Below are positions 59,856 to 64,000 of a stretch of DNA of 64,000 bases, in pieces. Source of the stretch: Entomortierella parvispora E1425 (Eukaryota; Fungi; Mortierellomycota); NCBI GenBank assembly GCA_020891255.1, contig BQFW01000005.1, positions 1,674,001 through 1,738,000 of the forward strand, in the 5' to 3' direction. The translations under genes were made by a program, and so were the position numbers. Under the pieces are notes generated by a model. The model worked only from the letters and a program-made list of their open reading frames with translations, was not told where the DNA came from and made no database searches. How positions within the stretch are numbered: the first letter of the stretch is position 1; each line of letters begins with the position of its first letter.

Positions 59856-60725
59856 TCGGTGGAGGAGTGGGGGGGAAGGAAGAAGAAAAAAAAAAGAGGT
59901 GAGCCGATGAGCAAGGGGTGAAGGAAGAAGGGGCGGAGGGAGGAAGAGAGCTTGGAAAGAGAGAAAAGGAACAAAGATGCGCAAAAGGATGGACAGAAGA
60001 ACAAAGCAAGTCTGTGCGTCCACTCTAACTCTGCAGACAAGGAAGGCAAGGGGACATGCATTCGTTCGCAGGACAGGGCACAGGGGATAGGGCAAACAAG
60101 CCAGCTGGCTCTCTCTCTGCCCATGGTAGGATCCTCTCTTGCTTGGGCCTCAACCCCTCTCTTTTTCCTTCCTTCGTCTTTGCAGGCTCTGCTGACCCAC
60201 ACCAGGCCAAGCTCGCACCTCCTTTTCTATCGTGCAAATGCTGCCTCTATCCCCACGACGTCCGGCAGTAACGGGGTAAGTCAACTGAAGTCCAACAGAA
60301 AAGACGGAGCCCGCGCTTCCATCCACGCGTAAACAATTTTTGGTAAGGAATCAGGCAGTTACCTCTCATCCTTCGTTTTCTCGTTCTCTTCGATATCATT
60401 CTAGCGACGTCGTCTTCATCGTTGTTGCTGCTCTTTGTTTCGAGAATTGTCTCCCCTGAAACACCGCACCCCTGCCTGCAAATGAAATACACGCAATGCG
60501 TGCGCATGGTCCTCTTTTCTTGAGATTAACATATTACGCATTGCGCATGGGCGCCCAAAACAGGCGCTCCGTCCATCTATCCATCCATCCCAACGGAAAA
60601 GTCGTAGATCCTTCCCTGGTTCAGGCACATTTTTCAACAACAACCCTTGTCCCCTCACTCCATCTCTATCCTCACTCTCGAGCATGTTGGGCAAAAAAGA
60701 ACTGAACTGCTCACAAACACACGTT

Positions 60726-61445
60726 TCATCCTAGATCATCATCAAACATACCTTGATCAATGTTGACCACATGCACCGTCGAGTCTCTGTCGAGAACATC
60801 CTCGATCCTGTCTGAGAATCGAAGCTGGACTCCTCTGGACTCGGCCTCAGTCCTATGGTCTACTTCGTCCTCTGTGTCATTGTCGCACAGATGCTCATGC
60901 TCGTGTACACTGTCATCCTCGTCACCGTCACAAATTTGATCTTCATCTCCATTATCCACAGCAGACAGGTGGTTGTTTTCCCGGGGTACTTGTTGATCGC
61001 AATCCACACTTACTCGAGTGGTTGAGGTGAGAGTGGAAGCAGTAGCGAGACCCTGTGTTGAATCGTCTTTTCGTCTTTCTCGTTCTCGCCCTCGCTGCAC
61101 TTGTTCTTGTGGTCGTTGTGGTTGTGCGTGCTGCTGTTTCTGAAGGCCAAGAGACTTTGCTGACTGGGCGAGGGCCGGTCTTTTAGATCCTTTAAAGTCG
61201 ACATGATCAAAGAGCGCGCCACACTCAATGACGGGATAGTTGGATCCACCGGGAATCTCGCGCTCAACCAGATAGGCGTATTCGGCCTCGATCTGACGCG
61301 CGAGCTGCTCGATGGTCCAGGACTTTGAGACGGTGATGGAGAAGCTGATACCAGCAGGCTCGTTCAACAGGATATGGAGCGGGATGTAGTTTGAGATAGA
61401 GGACAACGTCTTTTGACGGCGAGAAAGCATCAGATCCTCGTGCAT
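60726..61445 (-). CDS. Hypothetical protein exon with a ubiquitin-like-looking N-terminal segment; continues past a donor at ~60750
   Basis: LHILLNEPAGISFSITVSKSWTIEQLARQIEAEY followed by a low-complexity region; GTATGT donor after NIDQ. It may be a 5' exon of the RGS gene. Confidence 0.45.
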   Translation of the reverse strand: MHEDLMLSRRQKTLSSISNYIPLHILLNEPAGISFSITVSKSWTIEQLARQIEAEYAYLVEREIPGGSNYPVIECGALFDHVDFKGSKRPALAQSAKSLGLQKQQHAQPQRPQEQVQRGRERERRKDDSTQGLATASTLTSTTRVSVDCDQQVPRENNHLSAVDNGDEDQICDGDEDDSVHEHEHLCDNDTEDEVDHRTEAESRGVQLRFSDRIEDVLDRDSTVHVVNIDQGMFDDDLG

Positions 61446-62259
61446 GTTGTTAATGAAAATGAATGGTCAAAGAGGAAAAAATGAAAGGAAGCGGTGGGTA
61501 TATAAATGACTGAGGCGGAGAAGGGCAACAAAGTGGGGAGGGACGTGAGAGATAGGAAGATGGAGAGATGGAGAGAAGGAGAGAAGGAAAGAGAAAGAAA
61601 GAGAGAAAGAGAAAGCAAGGAGGGATGGAAGGCCAAATGAAGAAAGGACACAGCAGAGACGGTCTGTTCGCGCGTGTTCTTTTCGTTCATAGGAACGATT
61701 CTCTCATGAGCCCTCATGGTCCTCATGACCACGGGTGTCCATACATGCATGCATGCACTGCATTGCATTCCATTCGTGCTTACTCTTCATTCTCTGTGTC
61801 TCTCTCTTTCTCTTGCTCTTTTTTCCCTCTATTTCTTTCTTGCTCCCCTTGTTGATCGGTCCCCTTCCCCTGCTTTTTTTTTCATTCCCCTTCTTTATTC
61901 TTTCATCTAACCCCTGTCGAAATTACCGTCCGACGGAAGGGCTCCCCCCCCCTTCTCTCCCTCCTCCTCGCGTCCAGGACAGAGCGGTTCCCCTTCTCCT
62001 TGAGATCCCCCCTCCTCTTCCCCTTGTTTATCAGTTCGCAATACCGCGTTTTTTTTTTAATATCTTTAATTCGTTCAAAGAACTCCCATTGGAACACGGT
62101 TGCTGTGGTTGCCATGGCTGACGGCCATCCTAAATACATTGTTCGCTTCTGGCCCTATTTGTCTTGCATCCTGCGTCCCGATCTCTCATGCGTCAATTCG
62201 ATAGAGTTGTGTTTATGGACTGCACCTACAAGACCAACACGGTGGGACTTCCATTTCTT

Positions 62260-63126
62260 CATATTATCGGCTTTACAGCAACAGGGGTTACTAGCGAGCG
62301 CGCCGTCGATCTCGGATGAAGATGTGGACAAAAAGTGGCCTGAAGATGTGGACAAAAAGTGGCCATCTCTCATCAGTTCTCTCATATCTGCACGCATTGG
62401 ACCTCCTGTGATGAAGCCGTCAAAGCGTTGGAAAAAGGAGGCAGGCCAATGATCCTCTTATCAATTACCTCCGAACCATAACAGATTACCAGTAATTGCC
62501 CCTGAACTGCATCGGCACATTGAGTTTTCGAATGTGTCTGATACCTCTCATTGATCATGGCTCTGCACTACCTGTCTTTCTCGGATGAGGTGCCTTCAGA
62601 CCTCAAGGAGAGGGATGGTTTTGGTGACTTCACCTGGTCCTTTATTCGGGGTGCACTGCACAGTCATTGGATGGAATCCGATCGCGGCACTTTGAAGTCC
62701 CAGTGGAAGGGATCAAGGCGAGAAAAACTTTCGGCGCGATCTAATGGTGGAGGTAGAGGACTTCGGAGCCACGGCTGATGGTGTCGCCATGTTTGAAGAT
62801 CACAGATATACATGGCGGAAGCATCGCAGGTTTGTGACGCCAGGTCAGACAAGAAACCAAGGGACAAATTCAAGGTCGTCCGGTGCGCGGGACTCTTGGA
62901 ACACTTGAATCCGGGCGATCGCCCAAGAGTATAAACCTCCTGGCTCCAGAGCACTTAAAGACGAGACCTTGTTCTTTGCGATGGACTTCATTGGTATATA
63001 CCGGCTGAATGAAGTTGGGAGGATGTTTGTGCTGCTAAGAAAGTCTCACTTCTCAAAAAGGATGGAGACACATATCAGGACCTGCTTGAAGTTTGATCTT
63101 CTCCTGAAAGAACAAATAAACTGAGA
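62260..63126 (+). pseudogene. Fourth REase-like family relic
   Basis: DVDKKWP, YLSFSDEVPSDLKERDGFGDFTWSFIRGAL, then across frameshifts DGVAMFEDH, QIYMAEASQV…DKFK, RDSW and KDETLFFAMDFIGIYRL, all colinear with 10326-11454. Confidence 0.7.
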
Positions 63127-64000
63127 CGATATCATGATGATAACATACAACGCACTGAGCATATCACAGTCACCACGATCAGTCTTGAAAACTGCCGATC
63201 GGCCAGCACCCATGTAGCGAGACTAGAGAATGGAGAAAGAGAAGCCAGACCAGGGCGTCCAACGCGTCGACTGAATTGGTGGCGCACGCTAGCCGACTGG
63301 CGCGTGCGGACGGACCGACCGACCGACCGACAAACAAACAAACACAGCAACAATGTCCTGTTCACCGACAGAGTGCAGTTGGTGAAAACAGTGTTCACTG
63401 AGAAGAAAAAAAGAACTGCATGGGATCGTAGTCTACATGAGTTGTATTAACTGTAGATGGTGCAAGAAGGTTCGCTCGCTCACTCTCTTGCACCACGCAC
63501 GCGAACCATCCTTGTTTCTTTCTTTCCTTCTCCAGCAGCAGCAGCAGCAGACAAGCATGTCGTGCTAAGAATAGCAAGAGGACAACAAGATTCATCTCCT
63601 CTTCTACGAACACAACAGCACGCGTCCACTGCCCGCCCTTTGTTCGTTGCTGTCTTCAAGAGCCAGCGGTAGTTCAACCGCCGCCCAGTGCTCTCAAAGG
63701 AATTCGCCCTGCTGCTGTTTGTTCCTGGATAAGAATAATGATAATGAAAACAAGACCCTCTTCGCCCAGAGTGGGCTGCCGCCCTCTTACCCAGGCAGGC
63801 AGACGCTCGCTCGTGCTCCTGCTGTTCTGGGGAACAAGAGGACAAGAGGACCTCTCTGTTCGTTCGTGTCCAAAGGCAGCGATTGCAATCAGGGCTGCAG
63901 GGCGGGCGAGTCGGCGAGTTTTCTGGTTGGAATCTCGTTCTTCTCTACTCTCCCTCCGTTCCCCCTTTGGTCCTTTGTCATCCGTCCATCCATCCGCTCT

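Noticed and set aside
63132-64000. Short ORFs at the window end
   Set aside because: Low complexity with microsatellites (GACC, CAAA, GCA) and no recognisable domain.

Overview
Intron-rich fungal genomic DNA. The Crinkler-type ubiquitin-like genes, Crypton/NDC10-type recombinase, REase-like family and splice signals point to an early-diverging fungus, most likely Mortierellaceae (inference). Housekeeping blocks: a 7TM receptor-like gene, a GPI-like secreted protein, SWP1/RPN2, MAG1-type glycosylase, RPL18, a PPR protein, a MAD3/BUB1-like gene, a FAR-17a/AIG1-like gene, a GNAT, YAK1 and an RGS protein. These are interrupted by accessory islands at about 10.2-20.2 kb, 39.7-54.7 kb and 62.3-63.1 kb. 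Main candidate system: a ~10-kb insert (10178-20175) flanked by a 1.6-1.7 kb direct duplication of most of the RPL18 locus. The right copy keeps the complete gene; the left copy is promoterless and decaying. The insert carries four things: (i) a spliced ~1600-aa gene joining an XPG/FEN1-like PIN nuclease to a Fanzor/TnpB-type RuvC + Zn-finger module with the D-E-D triad intact; (ii) a hairpin-rich 3' region where an omegaRNA would be expected; (iii) a divergent PD-(D/E)xK-like nuclease gene; (iv) a 5 x 160/162-bp array that appears to lie in that gene's 5'-UTR intron. A second, degenerate Fanzor, a Crypton and three more REase-like relics lie further right. All assignments are by-eye motif recognition; no searches were run.
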